A model generated the notes under the pieces. That model was not told the origin of the DNA and did not search any database. It worked only from the letters and a program-made list of their open reading frames with translations. DNA of 64,000 nt from Albugo candida (taxonomy: Eukaryota). Of the stretch, positions 1 through 13,380 are shown one piece after another (the stretch's first letter is position 1; each line of letters begins with the position of its first letter). The position numbers were made by a program, and so were the translations under genes. Location: contig JBDOQK010000021.1 of assembly GCA_040437565.1 (NCBI GenBank), positions 62,001 to 126,000 on the forward strand. Direction: 5' to 3'.

Positions 1-780
1 GCCTGCCTTGCACATGGTTGAAAAGAATTCATTTGACGAGTATCTACACCTGTATGTACCTTGCATCAGTAAAACTGTCCACGATTTGGACCAATGTATT
101 CGTATATTGCAGCAAACAGCAAAGTAGGCAGATGCTCGTATAAAATACGCTTTTTATGTGATTGTGTCGAGATAACTACAATTCTAGCTTGCCCTGCTGC
201 AATATGCTGCAATTGTTGACAAGCAATATTCCGTATTGGCAGCACTTTTAGACGATGGAACGCTAATACATCAAATAGAACATTTTCTTTTCATGCAGAA
301 GAGCTTATTGCTTGGATAACTACATCTTTGTCATTCACCTCATACCAGTGGGCTATCATGATCCATCATTGCCCAGATGTTGAATAAAGTATTCAAGATA
401 CTAAACCACTGACGGGATAGCAGTTAGCAGAAACAATTACGAAAGATTGCATGGGATGCGTGCAGTCATTTCTGGGCGCTTCTTATTTCAAATTCATGAG
501 AACTTTTGCATCTTGCGAGTTTTACTCGGTAGTACACCAGCGCAATAGCTGGTATCATTCTGTCTTTCAATTTTTATCAGACAATTCCACATTGCACTAA
601 TCTTATTATGATGATGAGGTACTACACTAATTCACATAATTAGACGAGGGTTTTCTTCTATGCGTTCTCAGTGTGGAATCAGCACGAATTAATCAATCTG
701 GCGGTCGTATCTACTGCGCACTCAGACATTTTTTTGGTCTGTGATGCAAACCTAATAATAGATTCACAAACAACTTCAAA

Positions 781-1380
781 ATGGAGCAATCGTTCGAGAA
801 TCAGTGCTGTCTTTTCGAATCCCTTGTGAGCTTTCTCGAGGTAGACTATACCATCTCTGTGGTGAATATTGAAGAGGGTGGACTTACCGCAATCGCAACC
901 AGGAAAGATTGTGCCACTGTTCAATTCACGTGCTCTTTCAATGGGAGCGAACTTGCTGCTGCTTCTATCGACAAATCTATCCCTGGATGCAAACGGCTCA
1001 TTGAATCTCTAGCGTTAAACAATAAACAATCGTGTAAGCACGAGAACCAGCCCACATCAATTGAGTCAATGAATAATTTTGAGTTAAGGTCCTCCCTAAA
1101 GCAAATGAATTCTTACAAAACCAAAATCACACATCAAGAAGCTGTCCAGTATTTATCTACTGCTCCATCCAAATTAACAAAATGCTCTGCAGACACTACA
1201 TCCACTAAAAGCTCAGCTACACATCAATTGTTCCTGGAAGTGGTTGCAGATGGACTTGCAGAGTTATGTAGAGCTCAGCCAACAAGCGACCAGGCGATAA
1301 AATGGTTAGGGAACTGGCTACTAGAAAAAAGTGCTTCTCAACCGATCGTACAGGATGCGTGCTATGTCAAAGCTGATTGA
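781..1380 (+). CDS. Hypothetical protein with C-terminal Dpy-30/RIIa-like dimerisation motif
   Basis: 199-aa ORF. The C-terminus LFLEVVADGLAELCRAQPTSDQAIKWLGNWLLEK resembles the Dpy-30 motif (V...L..GL..L....P.D.I..L..WLL). Confidence 0.5.
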   Translation: MEQSFENQCCLFESLVSFLEVDYTISVVNIEEGGLTAIATRKDCATVQFTCSFNGSELAAASIDKSIPGCKRLIESLALNNKQSCKHENQPTSIESMNNFELRSSLKQMNSYKTKITHQEAVQYLSTAPSKLTKCSADTTSTKSSATHQLFLEVVADGLAELCRAQPTSDQAIKWLGNWLLEKSASQPIVQDACYVKAD

Positions 1381-1822
1381 TTTATCTGCGCCACCTTTGG
1401 GTGAAAGAAGCAATTGTGGTTTGGAAATTACGAAATAAGGATAAGCATATTTTAGGGATACCTACCCCATTCCTTAAATACTATCGCTCTTAAGTTTCTT
1501 TCATGCCAATCTTAAAGCATTTGACTCATATCACTTTTTCTTCTTTCAAGTAGAGATTAAGTATACTTAGCTGCAGAAGCAAAAAAAAGCGATATAATGT
1601 GCCCATAGTCGAACCGCTGCTTGATTCAACATTCTGATCAAAGATGCTTTCGCATTCCGCACAAGCAAATATTGATTTTTATAAGGGTATACGTGAAGTT
1701 GCACAACTACGCAACATCCATCTCGCGATGAATGAAGAGTCGTATTTGGGATTGCAGTGTAAAAATACTCACCAAATTGTCGTTGGTGTCAGAGCAAATT
1801 ATAGAATTGATATATCTCTATC

Positions 1823-2388
1823 CGCTTCTTCTCCGATTCATTTTAGTCCTGCTATAGAAATTTTCTGGCGTTTCCGAGATATAGAACGTCCGTTCTGATT
1901 AATCCTTTGGACAAATAATGTTCTAAAACCTTCTCTAGCACCTCCATTCTGAAGACATCGAAGAAGAATTATCGTGAATGTCTAGATTAAGAGATGGTCA
2001 TATTTATATTGTTGAGTGGTAGCCTGCCTGGTCTAATCATTGTCTTCCGCTTTGCTANNNNNNNNNNNNNNNNNNNNNNNNNNNNNNNNNNNNNNNNNNN
2101 NNNNNNNNNNNNNNNNNNNNNNNNNNNNNNNNNNNNNNNNNNNNNNNNNNNNNNNNNCGCTTCATCTCCGATTCATTTTAGTCCTGCTATAGAAATTTTC
2201 TGGCGTTTCCGAGATATAGAACGTCCGTTCTGATTAGTCCTTTGGACAAATTATGTCCTAAAACCTTCTCACCTCCATTCTGAAGACATCGAAGTAGAAT
2301 TATCGTGAACGTCTAGATTAACAGATGGTCATATTTATATTGTTGAGTGGTAGCCTGCCTGGTCTAATCATTGTCTTCCGCTTTGCTA
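1823..2388. repeat. Gap-flanking near-identical duplication (1823-2057 vs 2158-2388)
   Basis: Same sequence on both sides of the N gap, with a few SNPs and a 4-bp indel. Confidence 0.85.
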
Positions 2389-3884
2389 TGCCTGCTATTT
2401 TGAGTACCTTATCACCAGAAAAGCATCTTAGTGTACTTCAATCAAACATACATTGCTGGCATTTCAGACTGAATAGGTTACGACTTCAGCAGAGCTTTGA
2501 AGCACCTTTGATTACTAATGACGAGATGTAATGTTCTTTCATTTGGATTACTGTAAAATGTCGCGCATTGCGATGGATATTCAAAGACCCATCCTCGGAT
2601 GCTTCCAATATTGTCTTTGGTGACCAACACTAAGTGCAGATAACATTTTCGCCTTAATGTANNNNNNNNNNNNNNNNNNNNNNNNNNNNNNNNNNNNNNN
2701 NNNNNNNNNNNNNNNNNNNNNNNNNNNNNNNNNNNNNNNNNNNNNNNNNNNNNNNNNNNNNGTTCTTTCATTTGGATTACTGTAAAATGTCGCGCATTGC
2801 GATGGATATTCAAAGACCCATCCTCGGATGCTTCCAATATTGTCTTTGGTGACCAACACTAAGTGCAGATAACATTTTCGCCTTAATGTAACGTTTGTGA
2901 GCTCCTTTTACTAAGACATTGTTCGGGCCTACCCATAGAACGCTTCTGATGTTGAAAAGTATTGAGACAAGCGAAATTTACGCCTAGAAAAACCCATTTA
3001 CAGAATCACAATCTACTTCTGAGACGGGATGCGATCTCACGTACATATTCTACTCTGCACATTCTCGGAGTGGTAAATTAGAAAAACCCTTTAGTCTTGG
3101 CTGAGTTGAAAAAGAAGGACTCCGGTGCGTACTATCTACCTAGTGTTGTGATTCTTGCAACACCGTCGGTTTTGGGTGGCATTATTATTGGGCACCGTTA
3201 AGACAGGGTTTTAGTCTACCGCGTAGATACAACTTAAAAGGCAAAGTAAACTGGGAATTGTCGATTACGAGAGCATTCTTGAACGTTCGAAACTGTATAT
3301 GCTTAACATGTCATGGAGCAGTTCTAGGAAGCTGTCTAAGGAGTTCATATGAAATGTCACATTATGAGGCAAAATTGTTGACGAAGAGAGGTGAACATGC
3401 TTGACAGGCTCATTTGTCAAATTTTCGTCGGAGCTGTCTAGTATCAAAAGAATGTACCTGTTAGGAAATGGGCGTCGTATTCTACCTATCTGATTGAATC
3501 CCTCAAAAGGTTTCAGACGTTTCCATCCTGCTTGAACACGTTAAGTGAAGAGAAAATCGGGTGAAATGTTTTGCGTAATTCTGTAGTTCGTGTCAAAACA
3601 TTTCTCAGTGACGACCGGGAAAAGCGACATCCCTCGGACCGATTGTGTTATCAGGCTTTTTCTTTCATGGTCATGAAGCTAATCAGATTGCAAATAGAAA
3701 ATCTAGCTTTTGCAGACTATCGTAAGTACTGGTTAGTGATATGCATCCATTAAGATTGACATGAGTTGCTGGATTTGTCCAATGCCTCATGGGAATTACT
3801 TTAATCGTGGGGTTGTGACGATCAGCTCGGACCTGTAAAAGCCCTAATGGATGCTGCTGTCATTCAATGAAGATGTACCACAAG

Positions 3885-4007
3885 TAGGGCTGCAAATGGA
3901 TCCACTGAATTTGGATCTCAAATGTATATCTAGTGGATCTGGATCTGCGATTTGGATCCATTTTCCAAATGGATATGTATCTGAATCTAGATCCATTTGC
4001 AGCCCTA
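3885..4007. mobile_element. hAT-type MITE (123 bp)
   Basis: Perfect 18-bp TIRs TAGGGCTGCAAATGGATC / GATCCATTTGCAGCCCTA and internal GGATC(T/C) repeats. The 8-bp flanks accacaag / attacatg match only 5/8. Confidence 0.7.
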
Positions 4008-4332
4008 ATTACATGTGTTGCTCACAGAATAGACATGCCCGAATCCATCTGCACACAAGGATGGTGTCGTGGTATCATCAAATCCATTGATGTACTTCAC
4101 ATCAACTAATAGAATGCGAACGACCTGATGTAAGTGATTTCCTGCAAACAATTTTACATCAATGGTGTTCATCTCTCACGAAAATACATTATACATTCCC
4201 ACCATTTGACCACACCATATCTAGCGACGTAATTTATAATGTCTATTAATGTCAATTTTTGTCTTTCCGTATTGTCGACAGCGTTGAACAACCACTTCAT
4301 GCAGACCAAAAACACTTGGATAGAGCTATCTG

Positions 4333-5154
4333 ATCAAATCGTATTTCAAGGGGATTCTTTGTGATGTGTTTATGAAATTAACTTGAGCATTTGCGTCAGT
4401 TTGGTAAGAAGACGACGAGTGATTGAGGCACCTTCCTCTAGGAAAGGGCAAAGGCATATGTCAAGCTCTCACCAAAGTAGCCTCATTATCTCTGCTTTGA
4501 TAAAATGCTTCCAGCTGTACTACCTCACTCGGATAGTAAAAGGTGCAATGATTGCAGCAAAGCACTCAGTTCACAAATCGCTCAAATATTATTCTCGGAC
4601 CAATGTATGAGAAAAGGTGTGCACATAAACCAGTTATAGGTACCTGTATTGGCAAAGGATAGTAGCCAATAAGGGAATCTTTTTATTGCCTCGNNNNNNN
4701 NNNNNNNNNNNNNNNNNNNNNNNNNNNNNNNNNNNNNNNNNNNNNNNNNNNNNNNNNNNNNNNNNNNNNNNNNNNNNNNNNNNNNNNNNNNNNATCAAAT
4801 CGTATTTCAAGGGGATTCTTTGTGATGTGTTTATGAAATTAACTTGAGCATTTGCGTTACTTTGGTAAGAAGACGACGAGTGATCAAGGCTCCTTCCTCT
4901 AGGAAAGGGCAAAGGCATATGTCAAGCGCTCACCAAAGCAGCCTCATTATCTCTGCTTTGATAAAATGCTTCCAGCTGTACTGCCTCACTCGGATAGTAA
5001 AAGGTGCAGTGATTGCAGCAAAGCACTCAGTTCACAAATCGCTCAAATATTATTCTCGGACCAATGTATGAGAAAAGGTGTGCACAGCAACCAGTTATAG
5101 GTACCTGTATTGGCAAAGGATAGTAGCCAATAAGGGAATCTTTTTATTGCCTCG
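4333..5154. repeat. Gap-flanking duplication (4333-4693 vs 4794-5154)
   Basis: Offset of 461 bp with several SNPs. It produces the twin ORFs 4383 and 4844. Confidence 0.85.
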
Positions 5155-5260
5155 AGTTTGTTGCACTGCAATACAGCCTCCCCATTAGTTGTATTATATG
5201 ATTTCTCGTAACATGCTACCAAAGCCTTTCGTTTAGATTGAATTGTCTAAAGAGAGCTCA

Positions 5261-5627
5261 GTTAAAGGTGTCTATATTACTAGAATTAGACTAACTGACT
5301 TCTCTAGTTGCCTAGGNNNNNNNNNNNNNNNNNNNNNNNNNNNNNNNNNNNNNNNNNNNNNNNNNNNNNNNNNNNNNNNNNNNNNNNNNNNNNNNNNNNN
5401 NNNNNNNNNNNNNNNNAGAAGAACTACTCCTCATGTGCTTGATCGCTTCCGCCATCTCGGTCGTACTTAAGGGAGTTGAGAGACGGTCTTGCTCTGCTGA
5501 GGCAAGGGAAACTTGAATCGAATCGAGTAACTTTTCTGCTTTCTTTCACTTGGACCATTTGAGTCGGTCTCTGAGCTATAAAGCGAGCCCATGACACCAC
5601 CTCAATGATCTCTGAATTCGTCAATAA
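5261..5627 (-). mobile_element. 5'-truncated L1/Tx1-type LINE, interior collapsed into the N gap
   Basis: Exact 15-bp TSD TCTAAAGAGAGCTCA at 5246-5260 and 5628-5642. 5261-5316 is the conserved LINE 3' tail. 5417-5627 on the minus strand encodes TTEMAEAIKHMRSSSS, resembling the pre-RT 'E...AI..M....SPG.DG' segment. Confidence 0.75.
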
Positions 5628-8120
5628 TCTAAAGAGAGCTCATAAACTAGACTGCCTGCCAAGGGAAACATACGTGCAGGATAAACTATTGTGTAAGAGT
5701 ACATTAAACTTCACGTAAAATAGTATGTTGAAGGAAACAAAATTAAAAAAAAGCCGAAATGATCAACACCAGTGGTAGGGCTCTATTCATGATTACTTGC
5801 GTGCGAAAAAAGTTTGTGCCTAGCATCTGATATGTTTTTTAATTAGCTCTGATTCTAAAAGTCAAGTAAAGGGTCGCAGGTATAGAGTTGATTTTCTTTC
5901 AACATTTCGTCATGGAATGAATGGATTTGAAAGGTTTTCAATTTGTGGAAAAATCAAATGTACCAAACTTGGTGGGTCAAAGCGCACTGCGAGCCTTTCG
6001 CTTTGAAGAAACAGACACACTTCTGGTGATTTCGTTGAACCACAATCTTGCGGCGACGTGACCTATGTTCGTACTCTTATTATGAGAAGCAAGAGCACTT
6101 CGTGATTGCTAAACATAACTGTTTCATACCGCTTTATTTTGTGCATCATTAACAAAATTCCATAGCGTTTCGATCAATACCAGCTTCTTACCGTACCGAG
6201 CCTGATTCATCCATTGCACCAATGTATCTCGAAGAGCTGATGACATTGCATTGGAGGTACTAAAATATCCTTTCCACATGCATACTGAACTTTTAACAGG
6301 GCAAAAAGATAGAGTAGCTCATAAACACCATTTTAAAATATATCTGAAAGTGTTGCCGTAATTCTTCCTACTCATGTACTTTATCCCATACCGAGACTAG
6401 AGCTGATGAAGAAAAAATATAGCTCTTTCTGTATGTTCGCATTTGGATCCTCATATCATGTAAAATATGTGTGTTGTCGCGCTCTAAATGCTTCCAACGT
6501 AAAATAACTACAAAAAGGTAACATATTGAATCTAGTTTGAAGTATTCTCGGTCTTTTCAGAGATGCACAATTCTGGCTCAACTCTACATGAAGTCAACTT
6601 TTGATGTGGCCAGACGAAATTAATTTCTATGGTCTAAGGCCACGAGTGCTAAATGGTAATCATTTACTCCATCTTTAGAAGTTGAGGAGGCAAGTTCCCT
6701 ATGGCAACCAAAATAAGGAATATGAGATTGAGGGATATAGACAAAAGGCGTTGTCGAGATTCACCCGGGATACAAATGTGAGAAATAAAAACGAACTTCT
6801 CTATGCTTATATTATCAGGACCAAGAAACTTGATTTTTGCGCTCTCTTTCCGCCGCATAACGCGACCTCTTCCAAGGCGATAATATCTACTCATTCCATC
6901 TTGTGCGCAAATGTATGCAAAATGTAAAGGTGCATATGAGGTTTTCGTGCTACAAAATTTGATATTTTCAAGTTGAAAGCCAATTTTGATAATTATAAAA
7001 GGTGACGTGACCAAAATCGGAAATCAAGACTATGGAAAGGTAGACGGTTCTCGGATTGGAGACTATTCTTACGGGAGGGAATTCTTTCTACTCTCTATTC
7101 TTCCTTATAAACTTGTCATTTCTTTAAATCTCTCTACAGAAGATGTGGTTTCCGAAGGAGCCTCTAGCAAGGCGATCAATTTCATCGCCTAAACTATCTC
7201 ACTACCATTTACAAGAAGGTGTGATTGCATATGCGCTATTTATAATTGGAGGCACTATTTCTCCAAGAACGTACGTATAAGCCACCGATGGATTGACAAC
7301 TCGTTCACTATCGTGGTTCGATACTAGATTACCACTGATACGAGGCTTTATAGAAGAGCCGAAAAATGTTGCTTTTCTATTCTGATATGTAATAACCTAC
7401 TGATAGGAATTGCAGCCCATTAGGTGACCATAGAACATGAAAGTTCATGTTTGATAACACACAATTAATCCATGTACTACTTCTATCTAGTTTCACGCAA
7501 AAAAAGGTCAATGAAAACATACCCTTTGAGTACCAGAGTCTGTAGATCGGGAACGATGCTGAATAACTGTAAAATAAAAGCTGTTTACGGATGGAGATAA
7601 CTCCCGCCCGAGAAGCGGCAATAAAGAGTGAGTTCTGCCGATGCAGAAGAAATTTTGAATGGGCCAGATGTAAAATCCATGATCAATTCTCGCTCGATTA
7701 GTAAATCTGAATTTCTACACCAGCTGGTGCATTTTCAGGTGTCTACCATAAGACATAAGAATCAAGCACGACCCCCCCCCCTTTTTGACAAGATGGAGTC
7801 TTCCAAAGGAGTCTGTTCAATATTATAAAGGAGTATTGCTAATATAAAAAATCTCATTGTCATTTTCCTCTTACATGTGTGTCCTCTGCTATCCATTGAA
7901 GGAGACCGATAGGAAGGTATATTAGGCTTTTCCCATCATCGCAAGTAAGGCTTATGCAATGCGTTCTTAGGCAATGTTGAAATATGTCAGAGGGTGCTTG
8001 GCGCATCCANNNNNNNNNNNNNNNNNNNNNNNNNNNNNNNNNNNNNNNNNNNNNNNNNNNNNNNNNNNNNNNNNNNNNNNNNNNNNNNNNNNNNNNNNNN
8101 NNNNNNNNNAAATCTCATTG

Positions 8121-9572
8121 TCATTTTCCTCTTACATGTGTGTCCTCTGCTATCCATTGAAGGAGACCGATAGGAAGGTATATTAGGCTTTTCCCATCAT
8201 CGCAAGTAAGGCTTATGCAATGCGTTCTTAGGCAATGTTGAAATATGTCAGAGGGTGCTTGGCGCATCCATAAGCAAAAAAAAACACTCGAGTGCTGTCT
8301 AGGACAGTCTACACATTCCAATTGTTCGTACGGTGCACTTGCAAATTCGACGAAAGCGATTTTACTGTAAGAAGGCCAGATGTTTGTCTCCTTATAAGCG
8401 ACAAAAGGAGCCGCATGGATGAAAGAAGAAATTCTCTTCCAATCATTTTTCTCAGTATAGTTACTGTTTGGAGGCCACACACCCTCAGCAATTTTGGCTT
8501 TCATGAGTTTTTTAATCGTAGATAGCTTATTCGTTCGATTTTTTGAGACCTTAAAGTCATACCAAGATAAGCGCGGTGATCAGAGTAAAACCTATTAGGC
8601 ACCAGCCGGATTCTGCGACATATACCTAGTGTGTGACAGGCCGTACCATATCCGAATAATTCGCATGTGATTTGGAGTTTGGGGACTGACGTGTCAAATA
8701 GCAACGAAAACGCTGTTGCTGGCTGCGTCACTTCTTTGATATTAAAATTTCTTCCATACACCAAGCACATTTGCCTTTATCAGACGAAGCGTGGTAGAAT
8801 AGCATACAAGATCCTACCAACGGATCGATGTATGGTGATTCTAGCAAGCGATGATTCGATTGTACATACATGGTATGCTCTTGAACGTATTGCAAGCACA
8901 AGTTTTCTTTAAAGAGGTATACACTTCTGCATGGTGCGCTACAATCACTATTTGGTTCTCTATCTGTGACAATTGACGCAGAAGTAAGCGAGAAATCGAT
9001 AATTACTCGACCGTCGTCTATTTTGTACCCGGTCACGCAAGAGATGCACGAACGCAATTTGCTACGATTTCTTATGACCATCAAGCAATTAGAATTTTGT
9101 TCGTCATGATTTTGAGTCCATCCATCAATTTTTGCTGCTCTGATTTCGAATTCGTAAAACCGTAATAGATTCCCGCATTCTTTTTGCAGCAACTTGGGTT
9201 AATATGTAGCTTAGCGCATCCTGTTCGAGTATTTCTTTGTATTGTGCAGAAAACGTCGACGTGACGGAAAGACAGCGTAAGTTTCTGACAATCAGCTGAA
9301 TCCAACCAATGGATAGCGGGACAAAACCTGATTTGACACTTCTCGACAATAAATTTGGATTGGCACGTGCTTAAAAGAATTCTTAGCTCGACATTAGATG
9401 TTGTTGAGCTGAAAAATGTATGAAACGTCAGAATGGCAAGCGACTTGCTGTGTAACGCCAAGCAATCACGACTTACGGCTTCTTTTCTTTGTATTGAAGA
9501 TGAAGATACATCGAATAGATAGATCACTAGGAGGTTGGGACTGTTTGCGTGAAGCTCTTCTACTGTTTCCAC
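8121..9572 (-). pseudogene. Chain of overlapping minus-strand ORFs; possible decayed or spliced gene of unknown function
   Basis: ORFs 9081-9572, 8728-9192, 8501-8770 and 8121-8504 overlap head-to-tail in different frames. No recognisable domain. Confidence 0.25.
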
Positions 9573-10252
9573 CCTTTGGCCTTAAATTGGTTCCGCCCCT
9601 ATCTCATGGAAGAACAATGCTTGTTTTATCCTTGATTGTTTTCACATAAATGCGTTATATTGTTGATGTGGTTCTTCTGGGTATATTTCACGTTCGGCTG
9701 TTTGACTTTTATCCTTCTCAGAAATCACAAGTTTTGACCGCTAAAAACACGTTCCTTTACTTGATTCTCTGTCTTTGGATGTATTTCGGCGGCACTTTCT
9801 CGACGACCGGTAACAAAAAAGTAGTCTGAAAGATATGATTCAGATGATTTAGTTGAACTTTTGCACATGTCTTGTCCATTACAACTGATGATGAACGCTC
9901 TGGCGATGGCAGTGCTCACCTCGATCCAGTATACTCTGTTTTTTTAATCAATCTTTGGTAATCGAATCTGTGTGATGCTCACTGCCCTCACGATGCATCC
10001 ATGGCACGCCGCGATATCATTCGATTTGAGAGAGGACACAAAAAAAAGTCCTGACATTTTCGATTCATGCTGACGTTGTTTAGCAATATTCCTTGACATC
10101 AAAAAATTAAGAACATTGGCGCAAATCGTGGCTTCCGTATTGTTATGTTGGAGGAAGGGATAAAGGGAGATTGATTTTGTACTGGTATTTTAATGAATGT
10201 TACGCTTGTTTGAAATTAACGCTATATAAAGCTATAACCGTGCAATTAATTT

Positions 10253-11202
10253 GGGGAATTGCTGCGGACACACCCTATTTTGACTACGGACACACCCCCT
10301 AAAAATAGCAATTACAAACATACCCCTTACTTTCGGACCGCCATGTCCGCTGCTCCCAAGTCCACTTCTAGCTGGTGGCATTAAGCCCATAAGAAAAGCT
10401 GAACTTGTTTTAAGCAAGGTGAAAGTAGCCTAGTAGGAGTTAAAGTCGGGGACTGGATCAGAGATAATAATTTCACATGTTGATAATTTCCTATACCCTA
10501 ATACGTTTGTGAGCTGCGCAAGGGCTATTGGTGGAGGTGCACCACCAGCTCATGTATTTCGAGCCAATATGCCGTGTAAACTGCAGGCTTTACAGAAATC
10601 TTAGTTAGGATCAGCAAAGAGAGCAAATCAATAGAAGGCAATCGTGGCTGAATTTTTTTCTACTCTAATACTAGGCTACTTTTACTTTGCTCAAAATAAA
10701 TTCAGATTTTCTTATGGTGTTAGTGTTTAAAGTATTTAGATCGCACTTGTTCCTCAGAAGGTAGAAGTAAAAGTAAAAATATATTAGCATTAACCTTGTA
10801 TGTCAACACTACAACATGCATGTGCAGCAGCATTACAAACTTGACTATGTCACGTTTCTAATGACGTTCGTCTGGTAGCACGGGGTGACCGTCTCTCTTC
10901 GTCCCATCTGTCACGTTGTCACCAAAAGAGCCGTTCAGGTGATGTCGGAATTTACATGTGATGGGTCTTGCAGCTGAAATGCAAGCCCTGGACGACCTGT
11001 TAAAAACAGTATCGTCTAAAAGCTACTGCCACCAGCCAGGAGTGGACTTGAGAGAAGCGGACATGGCGGTACGAAAGTAGGGGTACGATTGTAAGAATGC
11101 TTAATTAACTTAATTGACAGTACGAAATTAGGGCGTATGTTTGTAATTTTTATTTTAGGGATGTGTCCGTAGTCAAATTATGGTGGTCCGCAGCAATTTC
11201 CC
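10253..11202. mobile_element. Non-autonomous DNA transposon (MULE-like MITE) with ~130-bp TIRs and a nested inverted-repeat element at ~10381-10722
   Basis: GGGGAATTGCTGCGGAC...GGTGGCA (10253-10380) is the inverted counterpart of 11026-11202 (...GTCCGCAGCAATTTCCC). Inner inverted pair CCATAAGAAAA...AGTAGCCTAGTA / TACTAGGCTACT...TTTTCTTATGG. Confidence 0.7.
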
Positions 11203-11227
11203 TAATTAAAAAGGGATCATAAAAAAA

Positions 11228-12296
11228 GGGAATTTGTTATATTCACTCCCTTTTTGGTTAAAAAAAATACTCCCTATTTGAATCAGGTGGCACAAATAAT
11301 TATGCTTTGTATACTTTTTATTCATATTTAAGAAATTGTTATATTCACTCCCTTTTAAGTCACGCGGAACACATTATTATACATAATTAGGAAATTGTTA
11401 TATTCACTCCCTTTTCGGTCAGATTCGCTACCTTCAAGTCACGTGACCCAGATTATTATAGATGATACAAAGCTACCAGCTCAAAATTTCGCAAGCGATA
11501 CAATTTGCCAATCTTTTGCTATATCGTTGTGAAGAATGGAACGCGATCGGTCTAAAAATGCCCGATGGACCCGAGAACGATACGTAATGCTTTATAGTTC
11601 TTGTGTTGATCGCTATGATCTATTCTCGTTCTCTTTGTTGAAATCAAATTGAGGATGACCATAATGCGCCGACGCAAAACCACCGTTTTATTTTCTACAA
11701 AGAACGAACGGTAAGATTGTGATGTCAAATCTAAGCAAGACCGATTCTTTAAGAATAAAATCAACATGAACAAATTGAAGTCTAGTAGAAATATCTTTCC
11801 TTTTGAGCAAAGGAAAGCAAATAGCTACAAAAATCTATCAAGGGACAGGATTTTGTGATTCCGATTTGTGATGTTTGGGTCTAGTACACATCTCTTTATC
11901 TCCTCGCTGAGACGCTCACAATCGTTTAGTAGCGCATAAAGTCCCTCGGACAAATGTAGGTGATCTTGTGGGGCGTATAGCGGACAGTTAATTGAGTTGG
12001 TAGAGCAAGAGTGATCACGTCTTTTACTACGATTACGAAATTTTCCAAAAGAAGCAGATGTGTGCCCAATCGGTCCAATTTCCATTGATCATTCCTGTCA
12101 GGGAGTTCCATCAAATCATCGGTATGCTCGCATANNNNNNNNNNNNNNNNNNNNNNNNNNNNNNNNNNNNNNNNNNNNNNNNNNNNNNNNNNNNNNNNNN
12201 NNNNNNNNNNNNNNNNNNNNNNNNNNNNNNNNNNTGTGCCACCTGACTAAAAAGGGAGTGAATTTAATCAAAAAGGAAGTGAATATAACACTTCCC
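11228..12296. mobile_element. Non-autonomous DNA transposon with GGGAA-TGTTATATTCACTCCC TIRs (MULE-like)
   Basis: The left end GGGAATTTGTTATATTCACTCCC...CAGGTGGCACA is mirrored by TGTGCCACCTGA...GAATATAACACTTCCC. The motif TTGTTATATTCACTCCCTTT occurs three times subterminally. Flanks are A-rich. Confidence 0.65.
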
Positions 12297-12329
12297 TAAA
12301 AAAGGCAATCGTTCTCAGCGTTGACCTTT

Positions 12330-13380
12330 TCTGTGATCAGAACTCAGCCTCCATGAATTAATGGAAATCGTTATCTCTAGTTGGTTTAAATAAATATAAC
12401 AGAATAAATAAAATAAAATTACGGGAATCGCTATCCAGCTCCCACCCTCCATGAATTATTGATCATCGTGGCCTCTGATTAGTCGGTAAAAGTGCAACGG
12501 AATAGATAAAAAATATATAATTCACACTGTTATCTCCTGCAACTTCAATTGACTTGTAGGCTTGTTGACATCTAGAATGGGCTATCTTTGCGCCCATGCT
12601 TTTCTCACCAAGTAATGTCGCTGTCTGTTGATGATATTGATCAGCATTGGTGACTGGTACAGCCAAAGCCAATTCATATTGAGGCTGAAACCATGCCAAT
12701 CAAATTTGAGAAAGCATCAAAAATGATTACTGATGAATAAGACGACGCTTCCAATCATCGTAAGCGTATGCTGCTTGACTATGTCTTGGCAGTATTAGAG
12801 AGAGAAAGTCGCTATCCTGTGCAAGTGCGCACGCGTGGCAGGCCATCGTCTCAACGCAGCGACTTCCATCGAAGTTTCAGCATATTAGCGCTGCTTTGGA
12901 TGCTCCTGTGCATCGCTGAAGATGTCGAAACGCAAAAAAACAGGCCACACTGCCAGAACCTGCCGTCAAGAAGCAACAGCACACCAACAGCACCAGCAAC
13001 ACTCGCAGCAGCAGATTTAGATATAGACTTAGATTAAGTAGTACAAAATGCAGAAACCGAGGTTTTTTTTGATTTTATTGTTTTTCATTTCGTTGCAATT
13101 ATTCATTTACGATTCCCGTAATTTTGATTTTTTTTTCCTGTGATACGTGTTTTAACCAATCCGAGGCCACTGACCTATTAATTTATGGATGCCGAGTGCT
13201 AATTACAAAATAGGGGAGTGCTGAATACCGATTACTTAAAAAAAGGAACCCGGTATAGCCACAGACTCTTTTTGGTATAGCCGAATCCCCTAACTTGATT
13301 GAGAACACCGGTATCGTTACACCCTCTAAATATGCTTGATAAATGAGAACCGGTATCGGCACACTCGCTAATTTCAAATT
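12330..13380. mobile_element. MULE-derived non-autonomous element with internally repetitive ends
   Basis: Shares GGCCTCTGATTGGT-like motifs, the 'CACCAACAGCACC...GATTTAGATATAGAC' segment and ~43-bp GAACCGGTATCG repeats with 51600-53751 and 58499-58810. Confidence 0.55.
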
